This document shows, piece after piece, positions 36,867 to 47,880 of a stretch of DNA of 64,000 bases (positions within the stretch are counted from its first letter, which is position 1; each line of letters begins with the position of its first letter). The notes below the pieces were generated by a model, which searched no databases, was not told the origin of the DNA, and worked only from the letters and a program-made list of their open reading frames with translations. A program made the translations under genes and the position numbers. Source of the DNA: the human T2T-CHM13v2.0 reference genome, Homo sapiens; NCBI RefSeq assembly GCF_009914755.1, contig NC_060935.1; one strand, given 5' to 3'.

Positions 36867-36872
36867 TTTATT
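36867..36872 (-). terminator. H19 polyadenylation signal AATAAA
   Basis: TTTATT on the plus strand, ~14 nt before the H19 3' end. Confidence 0.93.
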
Positions 36873-36876
36873 GATG

Positions 36877-37329
36877 ATGAGTCCAGGGCTCCTGCTGAAG
36901 CCCTGGTGGGGAGGGGCACAGAGCGAGATGGGGCGTAATGGAATGCTTGAAGGCTGCTCCGTGATGTCGGTCGGAGCTTCCAGACTAGGCGAGGGCAGGG
37001 TGAGGCCTCGGGCACACAGCCGGCGCCCAGTCACCCGGCCCAGATGGAGGGCGGCCGGGCCCTGCGCAGGCACTTGCCAAGGTGGCTCACACTCACGCAC
37101 ACTCGCACCGAGACTCAAGGCCGTCTCCACAACTCCAACCAGTGCAAATGACTTAGTGCAAATTAAATTCAGAAGGGACGGGGGAAACAGAGTCGTGGAG
37201 GCTTTGAATCTCTCAGAAAAAAGGAAAGACAGGAAAGCTCAGAAACAAAGAGACAGAAGGATGAAAAAGAAGAAGAGGGAGGTGGTGGGGACGGCGTCAT
37301 CCCGCTGGAGGAGCTCAGCTCTGGGATGA
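36877..37329 (+). CDS. HOTS: HOTS (H19 opposite tumor suppressor) ORF, 150 aa, antisense to H19 exon 5
   Basis: ATG at 36877 (in-frame ATG also at 36874) to TGA at 37329 gives 150 aa with a basic NLS/NoLS-like tract KRKDRKAQKQRDRRMKKKKR. Size, orientation and nucleolar-type signal match the reported HOTS protein; translation cannot be shown from sequence. Confidence 0.55.
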   Translation: MSPGLLLKPWWGGAQSEMGRNGMLEGCSVMSVGASRLGEGRVRPRAHSRRPVTRPRWRAAGPCAGTCQGGSHSRTLAPRLKAVSTTPTSANDLVQIKFRRDGGNRVVEALNLSEKRKDRKAQKQRDRRMKKKKREVVGTASSRWRSSALG

Positions 37330-38435
37330 TGTGGTGGCTGGTGGTCAACCGTCCGCCGCAGGGGGTGGCCGTGAAGATGGAGTCGCCGGTGCGGGGTGGG
37401 TGCTGCGGGCGCTGCTGTTCCGATGGTGTCTTTGATGTTGGGCTGATGAGGTCTGGTTCCTCTCGCTTCACCTAGAGATAGCGACACGTGGGTGGGATGG
37501 GGGCAGGGTGCTCGGGGGCCTGGAGGCTTCCGGAAGGAGCGCTGGTGCTCACCTTCGAGAGCCGATTCCTGAGTCAGGTAGTGCAGTGGTTGTAAAGTGC
37601 AGCATATTCATTTCCAAGCTAGAGGGTTTTGTGTCCGGATTCAAAGGCCCAGGCTTGAGCTGGGTAGCACCATTTCTGTGGATGGGGAAGGAGTGAGGTC
37701 CCACTCAGCTCCTCTCGCGTGCCCCCCACCCCAAGTGTGGCAGGAAGCCCCTCACCTTTCATGTTGTGGGTTCTGGGAGCCCAGAGGGCAGCCATAGTGT
37801 GCCGACTCCGTGGAGGAAGTAAAGAAACAGACCCGCTTCTTGCCGCAGCCCCACCAGCCTAAGGTGTTCTGTAGAAGACAGAGGTGGGGGCAGTGAGATG
37901 GTGGCCCGGCGGGGCGGTCTGGGCAGGGCCGCGTCCTGACGCAGGGAGGGCAGACACGCTCACCAGGAAGGCCGGACGCGCCTCCTCTGTCCTCGCCGTC
38001 ACACCGGACCATGTCATGTCCTGCTTGTCACGTCCACCGGACCTGGCGTCTTGGCCTTCGGCAGCTGGTGGGCACGTCCACCCCAGCTGGAGACCTGGCT
38101 GTGGGGAGAACGAGAGAGTCGTGTGGGGAGAACGTGTTGGTTGTGTGGGGAGGGGCGGGTGGGGGCTGAGGGTGGCAGAGGGGGAAAAACTCACCCTCGT
38201 CTCCAGCCCGAACGCTGAGGCACCGATCCCGGCTCCGTCGCCGCCCGCGAGGCCCGCCTTGGCCACGGGCTCTGGAGGCCAGTGCCTCCCGCTCGCCGCC
38301 CGCTGCGCTCCTCACCCCTGCCTGCACCATCCTCCCTCCTGAGAGCTCATTCACTCCGCCCCGCCCGCCTCGCCTAGTCTGGTCTCGCCCCATGCCCTTG
38401 ACTCCCCTGGATGCTGTACTGTCTGCCAAGCCAGC

Positions 38436-38508
38436 CCCAGGGGCTGAGCGGTGAGGGCATACAGCGTCACCAAGTCCACTGTGGGCCCTCTCCGCACCAG
38501 ACCCTGGG
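38436..38508 (-). ncRNA. MIR675: pre-miR-675 hairpin (5p 38499-38477; 3p 38464-38445)
   Basis: Minus strand reads CCCAGGGTC-TGGTGCGGAGAGGGCCCACAGTG-GACTTGGTGACG-CTGTATGCCCTCACCGCTCA-GCCCCTGGG. Confidence 0.98.
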
Positions 38509-39539
38509 CCGCAGTGCCTCGTGGGACCGGCGCCCGCAGGCCGAGCCCCTGCAGCCTCCTTGCTGCGCAATGTCCCGGGGCCCCCCTCCCGTGGCCGCTT
38601 CGCCCTCCTGGTGATGTCCTGCTGCAACTCCCCGAGCACTGCCTGTCTTCCCGCTCTCCAGCCCTCGAGGCTCCGGCATAGGCCTGAGAAAGCCGTGCCG
38701 GAGCTGCCCCTGTGCCTGCTACTAAATGAATTGCGGTGGGTGAGGTGGCAGCTGGGGACCCCTCTGTCCTGTGTCCCCTGCCTTGTCCCTGTCTGACCCA
38801 GGCCTGGGGTACCACCCCACGTGCTGGACCCTACGCTGGCCACCCCTGTGCTCCCTCCCTGCCCTCTTGCTCTTTCTGCCTGGAACGGGCCCATAGCCCC
38901 CCAGCCTTGCGCAGTCTCGGCTCCCCCCGAGAAGATGTCACCTTTGCTAACTCTCCTGCCCCCATCCTGCCCCTCTGCTGGGAGGGTGTCTGCTTCTCCC
39001 CGCCAGCCCTCGATCCCCTAAACCTCCTTCTTTCAGAAGGCTGGGGAAGCGAGGCCTGGGGAGGGAAGGGACTCACCTGCCCGGCAGATGGGGTCCTCAC
39101 CTGCCCGCTGCTGCCAGCTACACCTCCGTTGCCCAGGCCCTGGGATCAAACCCTGCCCACCAGCTCCCCTCGTCCAACCAGCTGCCACGTCCTGTAACCA
39201 AAAGTGACCGGGATGAATGCCTGGCTCCCCCTTCTTTCCAGCCCTAGCTCAGGCCCATCGTCCCCAGCTGATGTCGCCCTGTCTGCACGATGCCTGGGCA
39301 CCTACTCCACACTCCTCACTGGCCTCAGGCCCCACCAGCCCTGCCTCGAGCTAGCCCCTCCACCCGTCATCACTCCTGCCAGACTCCAGATGTCCAAGGT
39401 GCTCCTTGGCTCCCACAAGCTCTCCTCCAGCACCCCATCTTCCCCTGGTTGCCCCTCGGTTCCCCACTTCCCCAGTTTCCCCCGTTACCCCCCACCCATC
39501 CCACCCCCTCCCTCACCCTGCTCCTCGGTCCTAGCCCGG

Positions 39540-40400
39540 GCTTTTTCTAACTGGGGTGGCCCCGCCCAGAATTCCCGCCCCTGCCCTGCCGGCCAATCAG
39601 AGCAGGGCCCTCCCGAGGGCCCCCGCAGGGCCCACCTCCGCCCTGGACAGTTCCAGCACACGTCTCTCTCACCCAGCACCCATCCTGGAATTCTCCAAAG
39701 ACGGCCTCCCCGCACCCCTCCTTTGGCATCCGGAGACAGGGCTGAGCATTGCCCCATCACCTCCCTCAGGGTCCAGGACCTCTCCCTCCCAGACCACTGT
39801 CTCCCCTCAGGGGACACCATGCCTGCTGCTCCCTGCCTGCCAGCGCCCTGCACATACTTTGCACATGGCTGGGGGCCAGCTGCGGGTCCCTGGGGACTCG
39901 GATGGCACAGAGGGCCCCTTCCTGCCACCATCACGGCTCAGACCTCACGTTCCTGGAGAGTAGGGGTGGGGTGCTGAGGGGCAGAGGGAAGTGCCGCAAA
40001 CCCCCTGGTGGGCGCGGTGCCAGCCCCCCAGGCCGATTCCCATCCAGTTGACCGAGCTTGTGCTCGTCACCGCGGTTTCCGCAGGACAGAGTCCCCACAG
40101 CCGCTGGGCACCCCGGTCCCATTCGCGGCCACTTTCCTGTCTGAAGACCGCATGTTGCCGGGCTGTGCTTACGGCTCGCGGGCGCACTCTACTGACAAGC
40201 GGTGGGCGGCCTCACAGACTCTCCCAGGCCCGCGTGGGGCACCACGGTTGGGAGTGGAGTGGAGACTGGCGAGTTTCGACTCCCCCAGCCACCCCGCTGT
40301 GGGTCCGTCGGTCACCACCTTGGCCTTTGGTGAGGGTTGTTGGGGCCCTGCAGTCCCTGGGGTTCACCTCAAGTCTCGAGTGTCAAAGCCGTGAAGGGGA
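39540..40400 (-). promoter_or_regulatory. H19 promoter / CpG-rich promoter DMR
   Basis: GC box 39560-39567, E2F-like TTCCCGCC 39572-39579, CCAAT 39593-39597; CpG-dense stretch ~39990-40320. Confidence 0.85.
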
Positions 40401-40721
40401 GCACCAGGGCCAAGGGACCCAGAGTTCACGGGTCCAATCACCCAGCAGGCCCTCTGGGATGTGGAAGGGCTGGCCGCGCCTTCGGCAAACCCTCTGTTCC
40501 CATGGCCCCACCGGAAAGGGCTGAGTGCTTGCCTGCTGAGCACTGACCGCCGGGCTTTGTCGTGCGTGAACCCCACGACATGGGGGAATTTCCATGGCAT
40601 GAAAATTCTCAGGCTTTTCCATGAGTGGACCCCCAAGTTAGGAGACCAAGGCAGACCCCCACATTTTGCTAAAAGTGGAGTCCAGCCTTGGGTCACCTTC
40701 AGACTGTGATGTGAGTCACCA

Positions 40722-40735
40722 CTGCCGCCTCTCGG
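40722..40735 (-). promoter_or_regulatory. CTCF target site 7
   Basis: CTGCCGCCTCTCGG in a degenerate B-like unit; contains ZFP57 hexamer TGCCGC. Confidence 0.85.
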
Positions 40736-41059
40736 CCATTTCCGTCTCCACAGCCACAACCGATTCTGTGCCATCGCTGGGAGATGGGCTCACTGGGGAC
40801 AGCACCCAAGACCCAAGGGGAGACTCAGGAAATACTCCGGAAATACAAATGCTCCAGGCAAGGCGGCTCCCCAGGCCCCTCGCTCCTGCTCCAGGCATTG
40901 TGGGAGGGGCTAGCACAGGATCCGGTCGTGCTGCCAGCAATGCGCAGGCACGGGGAACACCTGTGGGCAAATTCACCTCTCCACGTGCCAACTACCGCCG
41001 GCCGGACGTGATGATCCCTGAGCGTGGAGCACACCCGAGCCATCGAACATCCTAACCCC

Positions 41060-41514
41060 ATCAGGATCCCCACACCGTACCGAGTCCACAAGCCGCAGGG
41101 TGTCTGCTGCACCCACGATAATGGATTATCTCCAGCAACACAAGGATCCTGGACCAGAGAATAAAGCAGCAGTGGCGCTCCCAGCTCTTTAGCATCTTAA
41201 GCTCCTGAATTAGCACCTCAAACCTGCATTGAATGAGAATGTTAATGTCTGGCCACTTAGGGCTGAGGAGATCAGAGTGTTCACTGGGGAGGCAATTGTC
41301 AGTTCAGTAAAAGGCTGGGGATTTGGGGGCTGTCCTTAGACGGAGTCAGAGCTGTGCTCTGGGATAGATGTGGAAAATGTAAGATTTTGGTGGAACACAC
41401 TCTGATCATCACATAAGTAGGCGTGACTTGAGTCCCAGGCCATGACACTGAAGCCCTCGGAGTGTGACCCGGGGCCACGGGGCTGTGGATAATGCCCGAC
41501 CTGAAGATCTGGTG
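41060..41514. repeat. ICR1 repeat A1
   Basis: Aligns to A2 (offset ~2250 bp); OCT-like ATGCTAAA (minus) at 41188-41195. Boundaries approximate. Confidence 0.9.
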
Positions 41515-41644
41515 CGGCTCCCATGAGTGTCCTATTCCCAGATGACCCCCGTGAACCCTGCGACGCGTGGCTTGGGTGACCCGGGACGTTTCCACGGGCG
41601 AACCCCAGTTTGGGCGGGCTCGGGCTGTGATGTGTGAGCCTGCA

Positions 41645-41658
41645 CTGCCGCCACGCGG
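41645..41658 (-). promoter_or_regulatory. CTCF target site 6 (B1)
   Basis: CTGCCGCCACGCGG. Confidence 0.95.
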
Positions 41659-42050
41659 CCACTTCCGATTCCACAACTACAACCAATTCCGTGCCATCCA
41701 GGCGGTGAGACCGAAGGAGAAGCCTCCAGAAATACCCATGTGCTATGCAAGAGCCCCCGGGCTCTGTGCCTGCCAGAGACCCTGCGAGAAGGGTTTCACA
41801 CTAGGGCCGAGATCCCCATCATCCATGGAACTGGGACACCTCATTGTTCCCCTAGTATCTCCTCCCATCTCCCCAACCTTCAACAGTGCACCCTGGGGTG
41901 AATCAGACACGTAGCCCGATATGGCTCCCATGAGTGTCCTATACCTCACGACCCCTGTGAACCCTGTGGCGCCCGGCTTGGATGACCTGGGATGTTTCCA
42001 CGGGCGAACCCCAGCTGGGGCGGGCTCGGGCTGTGATGTGTGAGCCTGCA

Positions 42051-42064
42051 CTGCCGCCGCGCAG
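42051..42064 (-). promoter_or_regulatory. CTCF target site 5 (B2)
   Basis: CTGCCGCCGCGCAG (one mismatch to consensus). Confidence 0.9.
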
Positions 42065-42456
42065 CCACCTCTGATTCCACAACTACAACCAATTCCGTGC
42101 CATCCGGGCGGTGAGACTGAAGGGGAAGCCTCCAGAAATACACATGTGCTATGCAAGAGCCCCCGGGCTCTGTGCCTGCCAGAGACCCTGCAAGAAGGAT
42201 CTCACCCTGAGGCCAAGATCCCCATCATCCAAAGAATGGGGACACTTCATTGTCCCCCAAGTATCTCCTCTCATCTTCCCAACCCTCAATAGTGCACCCT
42301 GGGGTTAATCAGACACATAGCCCGATGTGGCTCCCATGAATGTCCTATCCCTGATGACCCCCGTGAACCCTGCGGCGCCTGGCTTGCGGGACCCGGGACG
42401 TTTCCGCGGGCGAACCCCAGCTGGGGCGGGCTCGGGCTGTGATGTGTGAGCCTGCA

Positions 42457-42470
42457 CTGCCGCCACGCGT
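42457..42470 (-). promoter_or_regulatory. CTCF target site 4 (B3)
   Basis: CTGCCGCCACGCGT (terminal mismatch). Confidence 0.9.
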
Positions 42471-43309
42471 CCACTTCCGATTCCACAGCTACAACCAATT
42501 CTGCACCATCCGGGTGGTGAGACTGAAGGGGAAGCCTCCAGAAATATTCATGTGCTATGCAAGAGCCCCTGGGCTCTTGAGCCTGCCAGAGACCCTGTGG
42601 GAGGGGTCTCACGCTGAGGCCGAGATCCCCATCATCCAAAGAATGGGGACACTTCACTGTCCCCCAAGTATCTCCTCTCATCTCCCCAACCTTCAACAGT
42701 GCACCCTGGGGTGAATCAGGCACGTAGCCCGATGTGGCTCGTACAAGGGTCCTACCCCCGATGACCCTCGCGAACCAATGCGGTGCCTGGCCTGTTGACC
42801 CGGGATGTTTCTGCAGGCAAACCACAGGTAGCCGGGCTCGGGCTATGACGCCTGAGCCTGCCCTGCTACCACGTGGCCACCTGTGTTTCCATACCTTCAA
42901 CTGATTCCGTGGCATCTGGGCAGCGAGACTCCAGGAACACTGTGCGCTCTGCTTGGCAGGCTCCCAGGATCCCTGTTCCTGCCAAAGGCCTTGTGGGAAA
43001 CGATTCCCTCTGGAGCATGCGCTTGAGTCCTTGGGTCCCAGTCATGATCACCTCAGAACACAGGGATCCCTCATTTTGGAAGTCTCTGCTCTCCTGTCCC
43101 AGCTTCAGTGCCTGACCCAGGTGATACGGGGCCATGGTCCTCTGATGAGGTCCTTGAGTCTGATTCCAGCAGCACAGAGCCTCCAGGGCAGAGCCGAGGT
43201 GAGGCTCTGGAAAATGCACTGTCAGGCTCACACAAGCACATGTTGGCCAGGTGTACAGATTCCACAGCACAAGGCAGGCAATTGGGCACAGACCGCACAG
43301 TGCACAAAC

Positions 43310-43759
43310 ACCATTGATCCCCATCCTTTATCGATTCCACAAACCGCGGGATGTCTGCTGCACCCACATTAGCAGATTATCTCAGCCAACACAAGGATCC
43401 TAGACCCCAGAATAAAGCAGCAGTGGCACTCCCAGCTCTTTAGCATCTCAAGCTCCTAAATTAGCATCTCAAACCTGCACTGAATGGGAATGTTAATGTC
43501 TGGCCACTTAAGATTGACAAGCTCAGAGTGTTCACTGGGGAGGCAATTGTCAGTTCAGAAAAAGGCTCGGGATTTGGGGGCTGTCCTTAGTCGGATCTGT
43601 GCTCTGGGATGGATGTGGAAAGTATAAGCTTTTGGCGGAATTTGCTGTGCTCATCACGCGGGTAGGCGTGACTTGAGTCCCAGGCCATGACACTGAAGCC
43701 CTCAGAGTGTGACCTGGGGCCACGCGGCCGTGGATATGGCCCGATACGAAGACGTGGTG
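43310..43759. repeat. ICR1 repeat A2 with OCT4/SOX2-type motifs
   Basis: ATGCTAAA (minus, 43439-43446), ATGCTAAT (minus, 43460-43467), ATGTTAAT (plus, 43490-43497), SOX-like AACACAAG 43388-43395. Boundaries approximate. Confidence 0.9.
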
Positions 43760-43889
43760 TGGCTCCCATGAGCGTCCTATTCCCAGAAGACCTCCGAGAA
43801 CCCTGCGGCACCTGGCTTGGGTGACCCAGGACGTTTCCGCGGGCGAACCCCATCCAGGGAGGGCTTGGGCTGTGATGTGTGAGCCTGCA

Positions 43890-43903
43890 CTGCCGCCGCG
43901 CGG
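43890..43903 (-). promoter_or_regulatory. CTCF target site 3 (B5)
   Basis: CTGCCGCCGCGCGG. Confidence 0.95.
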
Positions 43904-44290
43904 CCACTTTTGAGTCCACACTTACAACCGATTCTGTGCCATCCGGGTGGTGAGACAGAAGGGGAAGCGTCCACAAATACCCATGTGCTACGCAAGAGCC
44001 CCCAGTTTCTGTGCCTGCCAGAGACCCTGTGGGAGGGGCCTCACGCTGAGGCCGAGATCCCCATCATCCAAAGAATGGGGACACCTCATTGTCACCAAAG
44101 TATCTCATCTCCCCAACCCTCAATAGTGCACCCTGGGGTGAATCAGACACGTAGCCCAATGTGGCTCCCATGAGTGTTCTATCCCTCACTACCCCCGTGA
44201 ACCTTGCGGCACCTAGCTTGCGTGACCCGGGACGTTTCCGCGGGTGAACCTCAGCTGGGGCGGGCTTGAGCTGTGATGTGGGAGCCTGCA

Positions 44291-44304
44291 CTGCCGCCGC
44301 GCGG
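44291..44304 (-). promoter_or_regulatory. CTCF target site 2 (B6)
   Basis: CTGCCGCCGCGCGG. Confidence 0.95.
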
Positions 44305-44695
44305 CCACTTCCGATTCCACAACTACAACCGATTCTGCACCATCGGGGCGGTGAGACCGAAGGGGAAGCCTCCAGAAATACACATGTGCTATGCAAGAGC
44401 CCCCAGGCTCTGTGCCTGCCAGAGACCCTGTAGGAGGGGTCTCACGCTTAGGCCGAGATCCCTATCATCCAAGGAACTGGGACACCTCATTGTCCCCCAA
44501 GCATCTCCTCCAATCTCCCCAACCTTCAACAATGCACCCTGGGGTGAATCAAACACATAGCCCGATGTTAGTCGCATGAGTGTCTATCTCTGACAACCCT
44601 CGGGAACCAATGCGGCACCTGGCCTGGGAGACCTGGGACGTTTCTGTGGGTGAACCCCAGCCAGGCGTGCTCGGGCTGTGATGTGTGAGCCTGCA

Positions 44696-44709
44696 CTGCC
44701 GCCGCGCGG
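44696..44709 (-). promoter_or_regulatory. CTCF target site 1 (B7)
   Basis: CTGCCGCCGCGCGG. Confidence 0.95.
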
Positions 44710-45134
44710 CCACTTCTGATTCCACACGTACAGCCGATTCTGCGCCATCAGGGCAGTGAGACGGGCCTCCCTTGGTGAGGTCAGCAAGATGGGCCGCCCT
44801 TGGTGAGGCTGGCATCCAAGACTGAATGGGAAGCCTCCAGAAATACCTGTGCGCTGTGCTTGGCAGGCTCCCACGATCCCTGTTCCTGCTGGAGGCCCTG
44901 TTGGGAGGGTCTCCCTCTGGACCTTGGGCTCAAGTTCTTTGGGGTCCAAGTCATGACCACTGCAGAACAGAGATTTCTCTTTGCCTCCAAATATCCACTG
45001 TCCTACGTGCTATGGGAGCTGTCATTGGTGGTGTCCCTGGGATTAGGCTCCCAGCCATGCATGGGCTCCTAGACAGCCCCAGGGTTCTCCCATTGGGAAA
45101 TGCCGCTCTACTACACATCAGCCACAGCGAATTA

Positions 45135-46173
<1,039 letters not shown>

Positions 46174-46381
46174 CGGGTTCAGACACTACTCTCCTGGGGG
46201 TGATGGACATCTCTTCTGTTCACTGATTCCCGGAGGAAGATTTGGGAGATTTTGCCTGGGAGCAGGCAAACACCTCGGGCTATTTGCTTTCTAATGGGGC
46301 ATTTGCATGTGTATAGGACAGACCGGGAGCTGCCGAGTTTCTGCTTCCAGGCGCACCTGCTAAGAGTAGTCTTGCCAGTGA

Positions 46382-46723
<342 letters not shown>

Positions 46724-46869
46724 AGGGGACCTAGTTTTGAGGACTACTGGGGTCGGGTCTGGTCTGTGCTGGCCACGGTAATGGTGAGTGCCTGGGTGCT
46801 ATGATCCACACACAGGGTGGCACCAACATGAAAGTGGCCAGAGCCCCAGCCAAGGTGCCCAGAGCACTT

Positions 46870-47370
46870 GGGTGGGGATGTGGGCACAGCGCTGTCACCT
46901 GGAGGCAGATGTGGGCACAGTGATGTCACATGGACAGGTATATAACCACAGTGATGTCACCAAGACAGGACGTGGGCACAGTGCTGTCACCGGGATAAAG
47001 ATGTGGGCACGGTGCTGTCATCTAGATAGACACATGAGCACTGTGTGTCACCTGGATAGGGATATGGCACAGTGTCACCCGGATAGGGACATGGCACAGC
47101 GTGTCACCTGGATAGGGACACAGGTATAGCGTGTCACCTGGGTGGCACATGGGCATAGCACATCACCTGGGTGGGACACGGGTACGGCACGTCACCTGGA
47201 TAGGGACACGGGTACGGCACGTCACCCGGGTGGGACACGGGTACGGCACGTCACCCGGGTGGGACACGGGTACGGCACGTCACCCGGGTGGGACACGGGT
47301 ACGGCACGTCACCTGGATAGGGACACGGGTACGGCACATCATGCGGGTGGGACATGAGTACAGCGTGTCA
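46870..47370. repeat. 29/30-bp CpG-rich minisatellite GTCACC(CGGGT/TGGATA)GGGACACGGGTACGGCAC
   Basis: Near-perfect units at 47163-47340, diverged units at 46870-47160. Confidence 0.92.
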
Positions 47371-47539
47371 TTAGATAGAGGGGCTTTCTCTTCTCTCTCC
47401 CCTGTGGCTGGGACCTACCCAGATATAAGTAATGGGATAGCCCACTTGGGCTTTGCCAGTTCCCTGAGGCTGCCATAAGGAAGCCCCAGAAACTGGGCTG
47501 ATTGGAACAACCACGTGGAATGCGTCTCTCCCTGTTTCG

Positions 47540-47880
47540 ATGCTAGAAGGTCAGAGTCGGGGTGGTCAGGGCTGGCTCCTTCTTCGAGCTCTAAGGGAGG
47601 CTCCAGTGCTGGCCGACTTTCCCAGTGTTCCCAGGCTCCCAGACCTGTCACCCCAGCCGTGCCCATCTTCCAGGATGCTCTCATCCTGCGCCTTCACGCA
47701 GCGTTGCTCTCTCGTGCCTCTCCTCTACCTGTGAGGACACCATGATGTTTGATTCAGGGCCTGCCCTACTGCAGTCTGACCTGATCGATTGCGTCTATAA
47801 TGACCCTATTTCCAAATGAGTTCGTGCTCTGAGATGCTGGTGGTCAGGGCTTCAACTTGTCTTTTCTGGAGAGGCACTAA
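47540..47880 (-). mobile_element. MLT1 (MaLR) LTR fragment
   Basis: GTGAGGACACCA..GATTCAGGGCC..CCCTACT, GACCCTATTTCCAAATGAG..TCTGAGATGCTGG..TCAGGGCTTCAAC resemble antisense MLT1. Confidence 0.65.

Larger units (their letters stand above)
36853..39552 (-). ncRNA. H19: H19 imprinted maternally expressed lncRNA, 5 exons
   Basis: Recognised H19 sequence. Exon1 ~39552/39512-38195, exon2 38098-37964 (135 nt), exon3 37868-37756 (113), exon4 37675-37553 (123), exon5 37471-36853. Four small GT-AG introns of 96, 95, 80 and 81 nt; AATAAA near the 3' end. Confidence 0.98.
41515..42940. repeat. ICR1 repeats B1-B4 (~406-bp period; B4 partial)
   Basis: Unit starts (GGCTCCCATGAG-like) at ~41515, 41922, 42328, 42735. 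Confidence 0.95.
43760..44846. repeat. ICR1 repeats B5-B7 (B7 partial)
   Basis: Unit starts at ~43760, 44162, 44569. Confidence 0.95.
40700..44980. promoter_or_regulatory. Imprinting control region 1 (H19/IGF2 IG-DMR), methylation-sensitive CTCF insulator
   Basis: A1-B1-B2-B3-B4-A2-B5-B6-B7 repeat array 1.5-5.3 kb upstream of H19 with recurring CTGCCGCCNCGCGG CTCF cores. Confidence 0.97.

Noticed and set aside
38028-38894. Long sense ORF in H19 exon 1
   Set aside because: Non-ATG start, runs into intron 1; H19 is established as non-coding.
42863-42876. Possible eighth CTCF site in B4
   Set aside because: CTGCTACCACGTGG has lost the core CpGs and the TGCCGC hexamer; not one of the recognised sites.
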